54,765 nt of DNA from an uncultured bacterium (GCA_965369815.1 CBDUQS010000002.1:1-54765); one strand, 5' to 3'; numbered from the stretch's first letter, positions 46,533 to 54,765 are shown. Numbers and translations are program-made. The notes: a model not told the origin generated them from the sequence alone.

Positions 46533-47777
46533 ATGAATAATAGATCTGCCCTAACAGCCGCAGGCCATCAATTTCGGGAACACAAAATGAGTCGTCGTGT
46601 AAAAAACATGATTGTTTCTCCAATCAAAGAAATGATGATGTTGGCTGCTCAACTTGAAAACCCGTTTTTACTGGCTCAAGGAATCCCCGCAGAAGATACG
46701 CCCGATCATATCAAGCAAGCCATTATCGAAGCCATTCAAGGTCCTCAAGCCTCCAAATATTCGATGTTATCGGGAATGAAAGAATGTCGAGAAGCCGTCG
46801 CTAAGCGATACAAAAGGTATTACAACGTTGATGTTGATTCTGATTCCGAAATTGGAATCACTGCGGGTGGGATGGAAGCGTGCATGATCACCTGTATGGC
46901 CACGATCGACCCAAGCGATGAAGTGATACTGACCGCTCCTTGCTTCTCTTCACACATCGAACAGATTCTCGCCTGCGAAGGAATACCAGTCCTCGTGCAA
47001 ACCAATGAAAAAGAAGGATGGATTTTGGATGTAGAAGCGATTCGAAAGGCAATCAATCCAAAAACCAAAGCCATTTACGTCACCAACCCAAGTAATCCAA
47101 CAGGCGCCGTATTCCCAGAGAATCAGGTGCGCGAATTGGCAAAAATCGCTTTGGAAAACGATCTGTTTATTTTTGCCGATGAAACGTACGACTTTTTAAC
47201 ATATAATAACAAACCATTCTTCAGCTTCTGTCAGATCCCAGAACTCAAAAATAATTTGATTCTAATCGGCAGTAGCTCCAAAGAGCATCGAATGACTGGC
47301 TACCGCCTTGGATGGGTAATTGCTCCGAATGATATTTTAAATCAGCTCTTCAAACTTCACGACGCTACCACAGTATGCGCTTGCGTGGTCTCGCAATTCG
47401 GATTCATTGCCGCCATCAACGGCCCACAAGATTCTGTAAAAGAGCTAAAAAAAGGAATGCAGGAACGTCGAGATCTGATCTGCGACCGCCTCGATAAAGT
47501 ACCTCACCTATTTAGATATTATAAAAAACCAGAAGGCGCTTACTACATTCTACCGGAAATCGTATTCCCTCACGAAAGTTCCATTCAGGTCGCCATGGAT
47601 ATACAAGCCGCCACCAGCGTCGTCACCGTTCCAGGAATCGCATTCGGCCCTGCCAGCGAAGGTCATATACGCTTCTCATTCGGCGGTGGAGCAAGTCGCG
47701 GACCAAAGGGAAAGGAACTAATCAACGAAGCCTTCGACCGACTGGAAGAATGGGGTAAGCAATTTAAAAATTCTTAA
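46533..47777 (+). CDS. class I/II PLP-dependent aminotransferase (aspartate aminotransferase-like)
   Basis: TNPSNPTG, FADETYD and PLP-Lys block GSSSKEHRMTGYRLGW. The start may instead be ATG at 46587 (MSRRVKNM). Confidence 0.85.
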   Translation: MNNRSALTAAGHQFREHKMSRRVKNMIVSPIKEMMMLAAQLENPFLLAQGIPAEDTPDHIKQAIIEAIQGPQASKYSMLSGMKECREAVAKRYKRYYNVDVDSDSEIGITAGGMEACMITCMATIDPSDEVILTAPCFSSHIEQILACEGIPVLVQTNEKEGWILDVEAIRKAINPKTKAIYVTNPSNPTGAVFPENQVRELAKIALENDLFIFADETYDFLTYNNKPFFSFCQIPELKNNLILIGSSSKEHRMTGYRLGWVIAPNDILNQLFKLHDATTVCACVVSQFGFIAAINGPQDSVKELKKGMQERRDLICDRLDKVPHLFRYYKKPEGAYYILPEIVFPHESSIQVAMDIQAATSVVTVPGIAFGPASEGHIRFSFGGGASRGPKGKELINEAFDRLEEWGKQFKNS

Positions 47778-47805
47778 TTCTTAATTCTTAATTCTTAATT
47801 CTTAT
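47771..47805 (+). repeat. heptamer tandem array TTCTTAA x5
   Basis: Four perfect copies plus TTCTTAT. The array contains the aminotransferase stop codon and ends 3 nt before the ATG at 47809. Confidence 0.9.
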
Positions 47806-47808
47806 AAA

Positions 47809-48369
47809 ATGATTATCGGACTCACTGGCCCAATGGCCTCCGGCAAAACCACTATTGTTGAAGCGCTTAAGAAAGAGGGCTTTGAACACATAACTCTATC
47901 CGATGCAATCCGCGAAGAAGCAACTAAACGAGGTGTTCCTGAAGAAAGAGAACATTTAATGGAAGTCGGACAATCCCTTCGGGAAGAGTTTGGCGCAGGA
48001 GTCCTTGCGATACGTGCCATTGAAAAAACGAAAGAAAGTCCAGATAAAAAATGGCTTATTGATGGCATACGAAACCCCGCTGAAATCGATGAATTACGAA
48101 AAATTCCAGGATCCATTGTTATCGCGAATACCGCTCCAGAAAAAATGATTATCGAAAGAATCCTCTCTCGAAAACGATCCGATGATACCCTGGAAGAAGA
48201 AGCGATTCGCCACAAACTTCGTCGTGAATGGGGTGAAGGTGAACCCGAAGACGGACAGCAAGTGGGAAAATGTGTCGCAATGGCAGATTATGTGTTTGAA
48301 AACATCGTCCCAATCGAGAAAGTTGAAGAAGAATTCATGAAGCTGTATAATCAAATAACCAATCAATAA
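47809..48369 (+). CDS. P-loop nucleotide/nucleoside kinase (dephospho-CoA kinase / UPF0200-like fold)
   Basis: 186 aa. Walker A IIGLTGPMASGKTT and DGIRNPAEI (NMP-binding-like). Specific substrate cannot be called. Confidence 0.7.
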   Translation: MIIGLTGPMASGKTTIVEALKKEGFEHITLSDAIREEATKRGVPEEREHLMEVGQSLREEFGAGVLAIRAIEKTKESPDKKWLIDGIRNPAEIDELRKIPGSIVIANTAPEKMIIERILSRKRSDDTLEEEAIRHKLRREWGEGEPEDGQQVGKCVAMADYVFENIVPIEKVEEEFMKLYNQITNQ

Positions 48370-48396
48370 AAATCTCATATTGCTTTCAAATAGCCT

Positions 48397-48427
48397 TCAA
48401 ATTGCTAGCGATCTGAGAGCAATTTGA
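48397..48427. promoter_or_regulatory. second copy of the palindromic motif TCAAATTGC-N13-GCAATTTGA, upstream of the dCMP deaminase gene
   Basis: Arms at 48397-48405 and 48419-48427. The 55-nt block 48384-48438 is the reverse complement of 46448-46502 (23-nt perfect plus 18/20 segments). Confidence 0.45.
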
Positions 48428-48456
48428 TAGCCATCTGGAATTTAAATAAATAAATT

Positions 48457-49077
48457 ATGAATGATTACCCTCATCCACGCCCATCCAAAGATCAGTACTA
48501 CCTCGATTTAGCTAAAAGCGTTTGTAAACGTTCTACTTGTACGAAGGTAGAAATCGGAGCCGTGGTCATACGCGAAGATCAAGTGGTTGCCACCGGTTAT
48601 TGCGGTGCCCCTCGAGGAACCAAGAGTTCTCAGGAGCACAACTTTTGCTTACGAAAACAACTTGGAATTCCCTCAGGTCAACGTTACGAAATCTGTCGAT
48701 CGGTTCACGCCGAACAAAACGCCATCATCAACGCCGCTCGCTCAGGAACCGCATTACTTGGAGGTGATATGTATATTTACGGAAAAATTGAAGGAGATGA
48801 CAGCACGGAGGTTTTAGATGCCTTTCCTTGTTTCATTTGTAAAAAAATGCTGATCAATTGCGGTCTCAAACGCGTGATCTGTAGCTTAAAAGAAGGGGGA
48901 TATAAAATTTTTGAAGTGGATCAATGGGTGGAAGATTGGCGTAAAGGAGATATTATCGACGATAAATTTCAATATGGAATAGACGCCGAAACCGGAAAAC
49001 CAGCAATAAACGATCAACCAATTAAAATTTCTGCTACCATTAAAGAAAAAATTGCCAAAGAGAAAGAATCAGCCTAA
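48457..49077 (+). CDS. dCMP deaminase (ComEB-type) with C-terminal extension
   Basis: 206 aa. Zinc motifs VHAEQNAI and PCFICKKMLINCG. Confidence 0.88.
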   Translation: MNDYPHPRPSKDQYYLDLAKSVCKRSTCTKVEIGAVVIREDQVVATGYCGAPRGTKSSQEHNFCLRKQLGIPSGQRYEICRSVHAEQNAIINAARSGTALLGGDMYIYGKIEGDDSTEVLDAFPCFICKKMLINCGLKRVICSLKEGGYKIFEVDQWVEDWRKGDIIDDKFQYGIDAETGKPAINDQPIKISATIKEKIAKEKESA

Positions 49078-49140
49078 AATCACCAAGTAAAAGCATCTGA
49101 ATCCTGCTATCACGGGATAAGCTGATTGAAGAACGTCGAT

Positions 49141-49185
49141 TCAAACCACTATTCGGCCCACGATACGGCCCACCATTCGATTAGT
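49141..49185 (+). repeat. half copy (right arm only) of the palindromic element, copy C
   Basis: tcaaaccactattcggcccacgatacggcccaccattcgatt matches the right arms of copies A and B. It lies in the ileS leader. Confidence 0.6.
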
Positions 49186-49274
49186 AGACCAATCCGGAGA
49201 CCTCACTCCGTCATCAAATTAAATTAAGTATTAGCCTAGGTGGTAACTTTTCTCACTTTGCTCACCAAATGACG

Positions 49275-49310
49275 ATTGTCATTCCGAGCAAAGCCGAGGA
49301 ACCGAGGCAC
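49275..49310 (+). repeat. GTCATTCC-family element, single arm
   Basis: attgtcattccgagcaaagccgaggaaccgaggcac, preceded by AATGAC (tail-to-head remnant). It creates the spurious ileS N-terminal extension. Confidence 0.65.
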
Positions 49311-49333
49311 TCATTGTTATTATTGAGTGTTTT
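49308..49333 (+). promoter_or_regulatory. weak hairpin plus T-run just upstream of the ileS start (attenuator-like)
   Basis: CACTCA (49308-49313) pairs with TGAGTG (49324-49329), then TTTT. The stem is AT-rich and of low stability. Confidence 0.3.
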
Positions 49334-49353
49334 AATTTGTAATTTGCAATTAA
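49333..49353 (+). repeat. heptamer array TAATTTG x2 plus CAATTAA
   Basis: Ends 2 nt before the preferred ileS ATG at 49356. Confidence 0.65.
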
Positions 49354-49355
49354 TC

Positions 49356-52300
49356 ATGTTTCAGCCCGTAGACCCAAAACAATCCTTTCCAAAAATGGAA
49401 GAAGCACTACTGAAATATTGGAAAGCTGAAAAAACATTTGAAAAATCAGTCACCAAAGGAAAAAAGGACTATGTTTTTTACGATGGACCTCCATTTGCCA
49501 CCGGACTTCCTCACTACGGACACTTGCTCGCAGGAACTTTAAAGGACGTCATGCCACGATACTTCACCATGCAAGGATACCGAGTGGATCGAAAATGGGG
49601 ATGGGACTGCCATGGATTACCTGTAGAAAATGAAGTGGAAAAAGAGCTAAAGTTAGGAAGTAAAACCGATATTGAAGAATATGGTATAGATAAATTCAAC
49701 GAATACTGCCGAAAGATCGTTTTGAAATACGCCGATGAATGGAAAGGAACCGTGGAGCGTATGGGTCGATGGGTCGATATGGAAAACGACTACAAAACTA
49801 TGGACCCAGAATATATGGAAAGTATTTGGTGGGTATTTAAAAGCTTATGGGATAAAAAATTGATTTACGAAGGGAATAAAGTGGTTCCTTACTGCATTCG
49901 CTGTGCCACTCCCCTTTCCAACTTTGAAACCAATCAGGGATACAAAGACAAGCAAGACCCCGCATTAACGGTTAAATTTGAACTCGTAAATGAACCAGGA
50001 ACCTATTTACTCGCTTGGACAACGACTCCTTGGACACTTCCAAGTAATTTAGCCGTTGCGATGGGACCAGAACTTACCTATGCAAAAATCAAAGATTCAA
50101 ATGGTGAAAAGTATATTATTGCACTCGATCGCATCCCGAATTACTACAAAAGCCCAGACGATTACGAAGTACTGGAAGAGTTTTTAGGCAAAACCTTAGA
50201 GGGGGAAAAATACACTCCGCTCCTCCCCTACTACGCCGATAAACCCGAAGAAAAAGTATTCACGGTAACCATGGGTAATTTTGTAACCCTTGAAAGTGGA
50301 ACCGGCCTCGTTCACATGGCACCCTTTGGTGAAGATGATATGGCAATGCTAAAAAAAATGGAGATTGAAGTGGTTCATCCACTCGACGCCGAAGGGAAAT
50401 TCAACAGCGACGTCAAAGAATTTAAAGGAAAGGATGTTTTCACGGCGAATCCAGAGATCATCAAAAAGCTGAAAGATGAAAATAAAGTCGTGAAGCACGA
50501 AACTTGTAATCACAGCTACCCTTTCTGCTGGCGTTGCGATACTCCATTGATTTACCGCCCCATTTCCACATGGTTCGTAAAAGTGGAACAAATGAGAGAA
50601 AAACTTTTAAAAACCAATAAAGAAATTAACTGGATTCCCGATCACCTAAAAGAAGGACGATTCGGGAAATGGCTGGAAGGCGCCAGGGATTGGGCGGTAT
50701 CAAGAAATAGATACTGGGGAGCTCCCCTGCCCATTTGGCGTTGCGACGACTGTGAAGATTTAAAAGTATTCGGTTCCATTAAAGAGCTAGAAAAAGAAAG
50801 TGGTGAAACAGTGAAAGATCTTCACAAACATTTTGTGGATAAAATTGAATTAAAATGTAAATGTGGCAAAAAAATGATCCGCGTCCCCGAAGTTCTCGAC
50901 TGCTGGTTTGAATCGGGTTCTATGCCATACGCCCAACTACACTACCCATTTGAGAACAAGAAAAGGTTTGAAGAAAACTTCCCTGCCCAGTTCATTGCGG
51001 AAGGATTGGATCAAACCCGAGGATGGTTTTATACCCTTCATGTGCTGGCCAACTCACTTTTCGATAAACCCGCCTTTAAAAATGTAATTGTAAATGGAAC
51101 GATGCTCGCCGAAGACGGACAGAAAATGAGCAAGCGACTGAAGAACTATCCAGATCCAAATCAAGTCATGCACGATCATGGAGCAGACGCCCTGCGCTTT
51201 TATTTAATGAATTCTCCCGTCGTTAAAGCCGATGACATGCGCTTCAGCGAAAAAGGGGTATCCGACGTGGTACGAAACATGATTCTGCCCATATGGAATG
51301 CTTATAGCTTCTTCGTGACCTATGCCAATATCGACCAATGGGCTCCAGAAAAGAAGAAAAAGGATTCAGACAACAAGCTTGATCAATGGATCTTAGAAGA
51401 GTTGAACAAATTAATTGTTCAAGAAACAGAATATATGGAAAGTTATGACCTTCAGAAAGCCAGTAACCTAATTTACAAATTCGTCGATAACCTCACCAAC
51501 TGGTACATCCGCCGTTCCCGAAGACGTTTCTGGAAATCGGAAGACGATGGGGATAAAAAGATGGCCTATCAAACGCTTTACACCGTCCTCACCAATCTCT
51601 GCCAAATCGTCGCTCCCTTCATGCCATTCGTAAGCGAAGAGATTTACCGAAACTTAACAGGCGAAGAATCAGTTCATTTATCTAAATATCCATCCTCAAC
51701 CGTAGGTCAGGATAATTATCCTGACCTACGGCAGGAAATGTTCCTCACCAAAACCATCGTTTCCCTTGGTCTCGCCGGTCGAGCGAAAACAAAGATAAAA
51801 GTACGTCAGCCACTCTCCAAAGTTCAAATCGCTCTCGGGGATCAATACGACTCAAAGCTGCTGAACGATCAAATGGATATTGTTAAAGAGGAATTGAATG
51901 TAAAAGAAGTGGAGGTTATTAAAAATCCAAGCGACCTTGCCACCGTGATTGCCAAGCCGAACGCCAAATTACTCGGACCTAAATACGGAAAAGACGTTCA
52001 AAAAATAATCATGGAAGCTAAATCGGGTAACTTTGAACGCCTTAAAAACGGAAATTTAAAAGTATTGGATTTCGAGCTTCTACCGGAGGAGATGGAAATC
52101 GCCTACTTAGGTAAAGACGGCACCGACGTAGAAACCGAAGAAGGAATTTTGGTGGCTTTAGATACTAAAATAACCCCCGAACTAGAGCAAGAAGGCTTAG
52201 CCCGTGATCTCGTCCGACAAATTCAAGACCTACGAAAAGCTGCGGACTATAAAGTGGATGACCGCATCCAAATTGCTCTCGTTAATGTTGATAAAAACCT

Positions 52301-52421
52301 TCTCAAAAATCACGGTGATTACATAAAATCGGAAACACTGGCCACTTCGATTGAAGATGACTTAGAAGACGCTGATCAATTCGCTGAATATGAAGGAACG
52401 ACTATTAAAATAAGACGGTAG
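49356..52421 (+). CDS. ileS: isoleucyl-tRNA synthetase, type 2 (eukaryote-like)
   Basis: HIGH = HYGHLLAG, KMSKS = KMSKRL, WAVSRNRYWGAPLPIW, CP1 editing domain present. The ORF-track start at 49269 translates a repeat element (VIPSKAEEP), so ATG at 49356 (MFQPVDPKQ) is preferred. Confidence 0.95.
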   Translation: MFQPVDPKQSFPKMEEALLKYWKAEKTFEKSVTKGKKDYVFYDGPPFATGLPHYGHLLAGTLKDVMPRYFTMQGYRVDRKWGWDCHGLPVENEVEKELKLGSKTDIEEYGIDKFNEYCRKIVLKYADEWKGTVERMGRWVDMENDYKTMDPEYMESIWWVFKSLWDKKLIYEGNKVVPYCIRCATPLSNFETNQGYKDKQDPALTVKFELVNEPGTYLLAWTTTPWTLPSNLAVAMGPELTYAKIKDSNGEKYIIALDRIPNYYKSPDDYEVLEEFLGKTLEGEKYTPLLPYYADKPEEKVFTVTMGNFVTLESGTGLVHMAPFGEDDMAMLKKMEIEVVHPLDAEGKFNSDVKEFKGKDVFTANPEIIKKLKDENKVVKHETCNHSYPFCWRCDTPLIYRPISTWFVKVEQMREKLLKTNKEINWIPDHLKEGRFGKWLEGARDWAVSRNRYWGAPLPIWRCDDCEDLKVFGSIKELEKESGETVKDLHKHFVDKIELKCKCGKKMIRVPEVLDCWFESGSMPYAQLHYPFENKKRFEENFPAQFIAEGLDQTRGWFYTLHVLANSLFDKPAFKNVIVNGTMLAEDGQKMSKRLKNYPDPNQVMHDHGADALRFYLMNSPVVKADDMRFSEKGVSDVVRNMILPIWNAYSFFVTYANIDQWAPEKKKKDSDNKLDQWILEELNKLIVQETEYMESYDLQKASNLIYKFVDNLTNWYIRRSRRRFWKSEDDGDKKMAYQTLYTVLTNLCQIVAPFMPFVSEEIYRNLTGEESVHLSKYPSSTVGQDNYPDLRQEMFLTKTIVSLGLAGRAKTKIKVRQPLSKVQIALGDQYDSKLLNDQMDIVKEELNVKEVEVIKNPSDLATVIAKPNAKLLGPKYGKDVQKIIMEAKSGNFERLKNGNLKVLDFELLPEEMEIAYLGKDGTDVETEEGILVALDTKITPELEQEGLARDLVRQIQDLRKAADYKVDDRIQIALVNVDKNLLKNHGDYIKSETLATSIEDDLEDADQFAEYEGTTIKIRR

Positions 52422-52455
52422 TCCTCTTTTGTCATCCTGAGAGAAGCCGAAGGAT
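52421..52455 (+). repeat. GTCATTCC-family element, single arm, immediately after the ileS stop
   Basis: gtcctcttttgtcatcctgagagaagccgaaggat. The GTCCTCTT(TT)GTCAT lead-in is shared with 21342-21355. Confidence 0.65.
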
Positions 52456-52525
52456 TAAAAGATAATTTCAACTTTGAAAAATCGAATAATCTGATAAGAT
52501 GAAGATTGATTTATAAACGGTAAAA

Positions 52526-52906
52526 ATGAGCTTCCTACGAAGACTACTCGCCCACATCGTCGCCAACGCCGCCGCCCTTTACTTTGTAACCGAGTTATTG
52601 AGTGGAAACTTTGTAATAACCGGTAGCTACAAAGGGTATTTAATCGCCGCAGTACTTTTCGGTATTTTAAATGGAGTGATCAAACCAATCCTAAAACTCC
52701 TTTCACTTCCATTCATTCTCATCAGTGCAGGGGTCTTTATTTTGGTGATCAATGTATTCCTGGTTTGGTTTGCCAAATACGCACTCGATATTCTCCAATT
52801 TGAAGGGGTACGGATCTTGATTGAAGGAGGTCCTGCCACTTACCTTTACGCTGGCCTCACAATCAGTATTATCAACATGATCATCACTTGGCTACTTAAA
52901 AAATAG
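52526..52906 (+). CDS. phage-holin-family-4/DUF360-like small membrane protein
   Basis: 126 aa, 4 TM. GVIKPILKLLSLPFILISAGVFILVINVFLVW matches the family pattern from memory. Confidence 0.65.
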   Translation: MSFLRRLLAHIVANAAALYFVTELLSGNFVITGSYKGYLIAAVLFGILNGVIKPILKLLSLPFILISAGVFILVINVFLVWFAKYALDILQFEGVRILIEGGPATYLYAGLTISIINMIITWLLKK

Positions 52907-52911
52907 ATTGA

Positions 52912-53121
52912 ATGAATTGGAAATTAATCCTATTTTTCATTATCACTTTGTTCACACTTTTGTACTTAGTGGAATTTTGGGAAAACCGCCACACCAAAAT
53001 AAACTTTCAAATGTTCGGACAGAAGATTGAAATGACTCTCGGCCTCCTCCTCTTCGCCGTATTCATCGACGGCTCCATCCTAACCTTAATCATCCTTTGG
53101 TTATTAGGAGTTTTTGGATAA
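52912..53121 (+). CDS. small two-TM membrane protein (LapA/DUF1049-like)
   Basis: 69 aa with two hydrophobic helices. Lies 5 nt downstream of the previous gene. Confidence 0.5.
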   Translation: MNWKLILFFIITLFTLLYLVEFWENRHTKINFQMFGQKIEMTLGLLLFAVFIDGSILTLIILWLLGVFG

Positions 53122-53130
53122 TTAACCTTT

Positions 53131-53228
53131 TTTTGTCATTTCGAGCCTGTCGAGAAATCCCTTTGCTAAATACCACCCATAATAGAAATAAGGATAGGGA
53201 TTCCTCCGCATGGGTCGGAATGACAAAA
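53131..53228. repeat. GTCATT-family element, inverted pair with diverged cores (MITE-like, 98 nt)
   Basis: Left arm TTTTGTCATTTCGAGCCTGTCGAGAAATCCC, right arm GGGATTCCTCCGCATGGGTCGGAATGACAAAA. The termini TTTTGTCATT/AATGACAAAA are inverted. It lies between convergent genes. Confidence 0.7.
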
Positions 53229-53250
53229 TAAGAGTAAGACTAAAAACCCA

Positions 53251-53285
53251 CAATCTAAAATCTGAAATCTGAGATCAGAGATATT
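53251..53285 (+). repeat. heptamer array (A/C)A(A/G)ATCTR x5
   Basis: caatcta aaatctg aaatctg agatcag agatatt, abutting the pilT stop. Confidence 0.75.
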
Positions 53286-54465
53286 ATTGTTCTTCCTTTT
53301 GAATGAATTGGTTCAATTGCTCCTGATTAATGACACCACGCTCAGAAAGCTGGTAAGCATAGCTATCCATGGTGATCATCCCCTGCTCTGCAGAAGATTG
53401 GATGGCGGTTCGAAGTTGAACAAAATTACCACGCTTAATCACATTCCGAATACTGTCATTCATAAACATAAACTCAAACACTGCAATCAAACCAGGTTGA
53501 TCCTGACGCTGAACCAAATCCTGCGCCAAAGCACTAGTTAGGTTGTCAGAAAGACGATCCTGAGCTTGTTTTCGAAGATCCTGAGGATAGAGGCTAATAA
53601 TACGCTCAATTGTCTGAGGAACATCACGAGTGAGCATAGAAGCAATCACTAAATGACCCGTTTCAACCAAATTAAGTAATTTATCAAAGGTTTCGAAGTC
53701 GTTCACCTCATCCAGCATCACAATGTTCGCATCCTCACGAATTGCAGACTGCAAAGCATTTTCTTTTAAAAGAGTATCTTTTCCTACCTCTCTCTGAGTA
53801 AACATCGACTTTTCATTTTCAAACACATATTCAATTGGATTTTCGATGGTAAGAACATGTTGAACAAAATTTTTGTTCACATGCTGAAGCATTGACTGAA
53901 TGGTAGTCGATTTACCAGACCCAGCAGTTCCACAAACTAAAATAAGTCCTTCACGAAGGCCAAGAAAACCTTTCACGGCCTCTGGGACCCCCAATTCCTC
54001 TAAAGTTGGAATGTTTTTTGAAATCATACGCATAACACAAGCCAATTTACCTTTTTGGAAAAACGCATTCACACGAAAGTTAACTCCATTGGTATGAGTG
54101 AAAGAAAAGTCAATTTCACGATCCTTTTCAAGTCGAGCACCCTCCTCTTCACTAGAAATCATCAAATTAAGCATAGCCTCTGTGTCTTCTTTAGTAAGAG
54201 CCTCAATATTTTCAACAAAAATAATTTTACCCCCCACACGAAGAGCAACACGCGATCCCTCACGAAAGTGAACATCAGACGCTCCTTTTTCAATACATAA
54301 ATTAACCAACTGATCCAAAGTAATTTTAACGTCTGAAGACCCTTCAGCTACTGAAGTAGTAGTATCAGCGGCGTCAGATGTAGCAACAACTGGGGCTTGG
54401 GGCTCAACTGCCTGAGGGGCAGGAGTGATAGCGGGCTGAGAAGGATTAATGTTTGCGTCTTCCAT
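53284..54465 (-). CDS. pilT: PilT-family type IV pilus retraction ATPase with Ala/Pro/Thr-rich N-terminal extension
   Basis: 393 aa. DVHFREGSRVALRVGG, Walker A GTAGSGKSTT, Asp-box AIREDANIVMLDE, His-box region GHLVIASMLTRD (variant of GHLVFGTLHT). Confidence 0.85.
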   Translation of the reverse strand: MEDANINPSQPAITPAPQAVEPQAPVVATSDAADTTTSVAEGSSDVKITLDQLVNLCIEKGASDVHFREGSRVALRVGGKIIFVENIEALTKEDTEAMLNLMISSEEEGARLEKDREIDFSFTHTNGVNFRVNAFFQKGKLACVMRMISKNIPTLEELGVPEAVKGFLGLREGLILVCGTAGSGKSTTIQSMLQHVNKNFVQHVLTIENPIEYVFENEKSMFTQREVGKDTLLKENALQSAIREDANIVMLDEVNDFETFDKLLNLVETGHLVIASMLTRDVPQTIERIISLYPQDLRKQAQDRLSDNLTSALAQDLVQRQDQPGLIAVFEFMFMNDSIRNVIKRGNFVQLRTAIQSSAEQGMITMDSYAYQLSERGVINQEQLNQFIQKEEQ

Positions 54466-54483
54466 AATAATTAATTAGAAAAA

Positions 54484-54765
54484 TTACTGTTTATTGCCAT
54501 CAACACGACAACCCGAAGATAAATACTGCTGTATTGCGGCTTGACGTTGGTTTTTAATTAAAACAATTAAAAGAAAAACAATGGCGACTAAGGCGACTAG
54601 GCCAAATAGTAATCCAGCCAAACCGAACACAATAAACAATGCATTGTTGGCTTGAATAGCTGGAACAGGTGCAGCCGAATGAACCTCAGGAGAAGTAGCT
54701 TCGCCAGGAAGAACCGTCTGATCAGGATCAAGACCTCTCGTTTTGATGATCTGCCCTTCATAATT
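54484..54765 (-). CDS. partial CDS (C-terminal 93 aa), tail-anchored membrane protein
   Basis: Open frame from the window edge to TAA at 54486-54484. Ends ...NNALFIVFGLAGLLFGLVALVAIVFLLIVLIKNQRQAAIQQYLSSGCRVDGNKQ. Absent from the ORF track because its start lies outside the window. Confidence 0.55.
   Translation of the reverse strand, partial: NYEGQIIKTRGLDPDQTVLPGEATSPEVHSAAPVPAIQANNALFIVFGLAGLLFGLVALVAIVFLLIVLIKNQRQAAIQQYLSSGCRVDGNKQ

Noticed and set aside
25688-47805. Whether the short tandem arrays could be CRISPR arrays or degenerate CRISPR remnants.
   Set aside because: The units are 7 nt (one locus ~11 nt) and directly tandem with no spacers. The arrays are 14-56 nt long, and no cas genes are present.
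46448-48438. Composite transposon interpretation of the inverted 55-nt blocks flanking the aminotransferase and kinase genes.
   Set aside because: No transposase, integrase or invertase gene and no target-site duplication is visible. Each block is itself palindromic, so inverted similarity is expected from a shared operator or hairpin. It is kept only as a minor alternative in the finding.
49078-49355. Possible T-box leader upstream of ileS. A hairpin ATCCTG-CTATCA-CGGGAT (49101-49118) displays AUC followed by A in its loop. TAGGTGGTAAC (49237-49247) resembles the T-box GGGUGGUACC with UGGU, which would suit an ACCA tRNA end. A weak hairpin plus T-run lies at 49308-49333.
   Set aside because: The T-box match is only about 8/10, with no convincing antiterminator helix. 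The terminator-like stem is ~65 nt away rather than overlapping. Much of the leader is occupied by two dispersed repeat families. cmsearch with Rfam RF00230 would settle it, and a significant hit would overturn this rejection.

Overview
AT-rich, very gene-dense bacterial chromosomal window with about 51 CDS (2 partial at the edges) and 1 tRNA. Long ORFs are uninterrupted under the standard code. By inference only, it resembles a reduced-genome Patescibacteria/CPR-like organism: many orphan proteins, A-rich leaders mostly lacking Shine-Dalgarno motifs, a T4SS-type pilin, PilT and short spacers. Housekeeping genes: rpsB, proS, secF, gyrB, prfA, prmC, ileS and tRNA-Arg(UCG). Envelope and glycan genes: two GT2 glycosyltransferases, rmlA-like, a divergent UppS-like protein, a 3D+PG-binding wall protein, an MFS transporter and a PfkB kinase. 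Nucleotide genes: purC, class-II-like purE, purB, dCMP deaminase and a P-loop kinase. Sensing: a PilJ/NarX-type histidine kinase plus a CheY-like receiver. Main hunt results: (1) an orphan membrane-machine locus at 22.7-31.1 kb, a 4-gene coupled operon including a VirB6/TrbL-like polytopic protein, convergent with a TM-anchored FtsK/HerA (VirB4/VirD4-like) ATPase; (2) a near-identical ~36-nt promoter cassette driving that operon and two giant envelope proteins (996 aa; 873 aa with FN3-EGF-FN3); (3) a 20-nt perfect sequence present three times in-frame in purB; (4) degenerate 7-nt tandem arrays in many spacers and, as an inverted pair, in-frame inside prmC; (5) three dispersed structured repeat families and a GC-rich multi-hairpin island. 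No CRISPR array, rRNA, transposase or integrase was seen. All family calls come from motifs read by eye; no searches were run.
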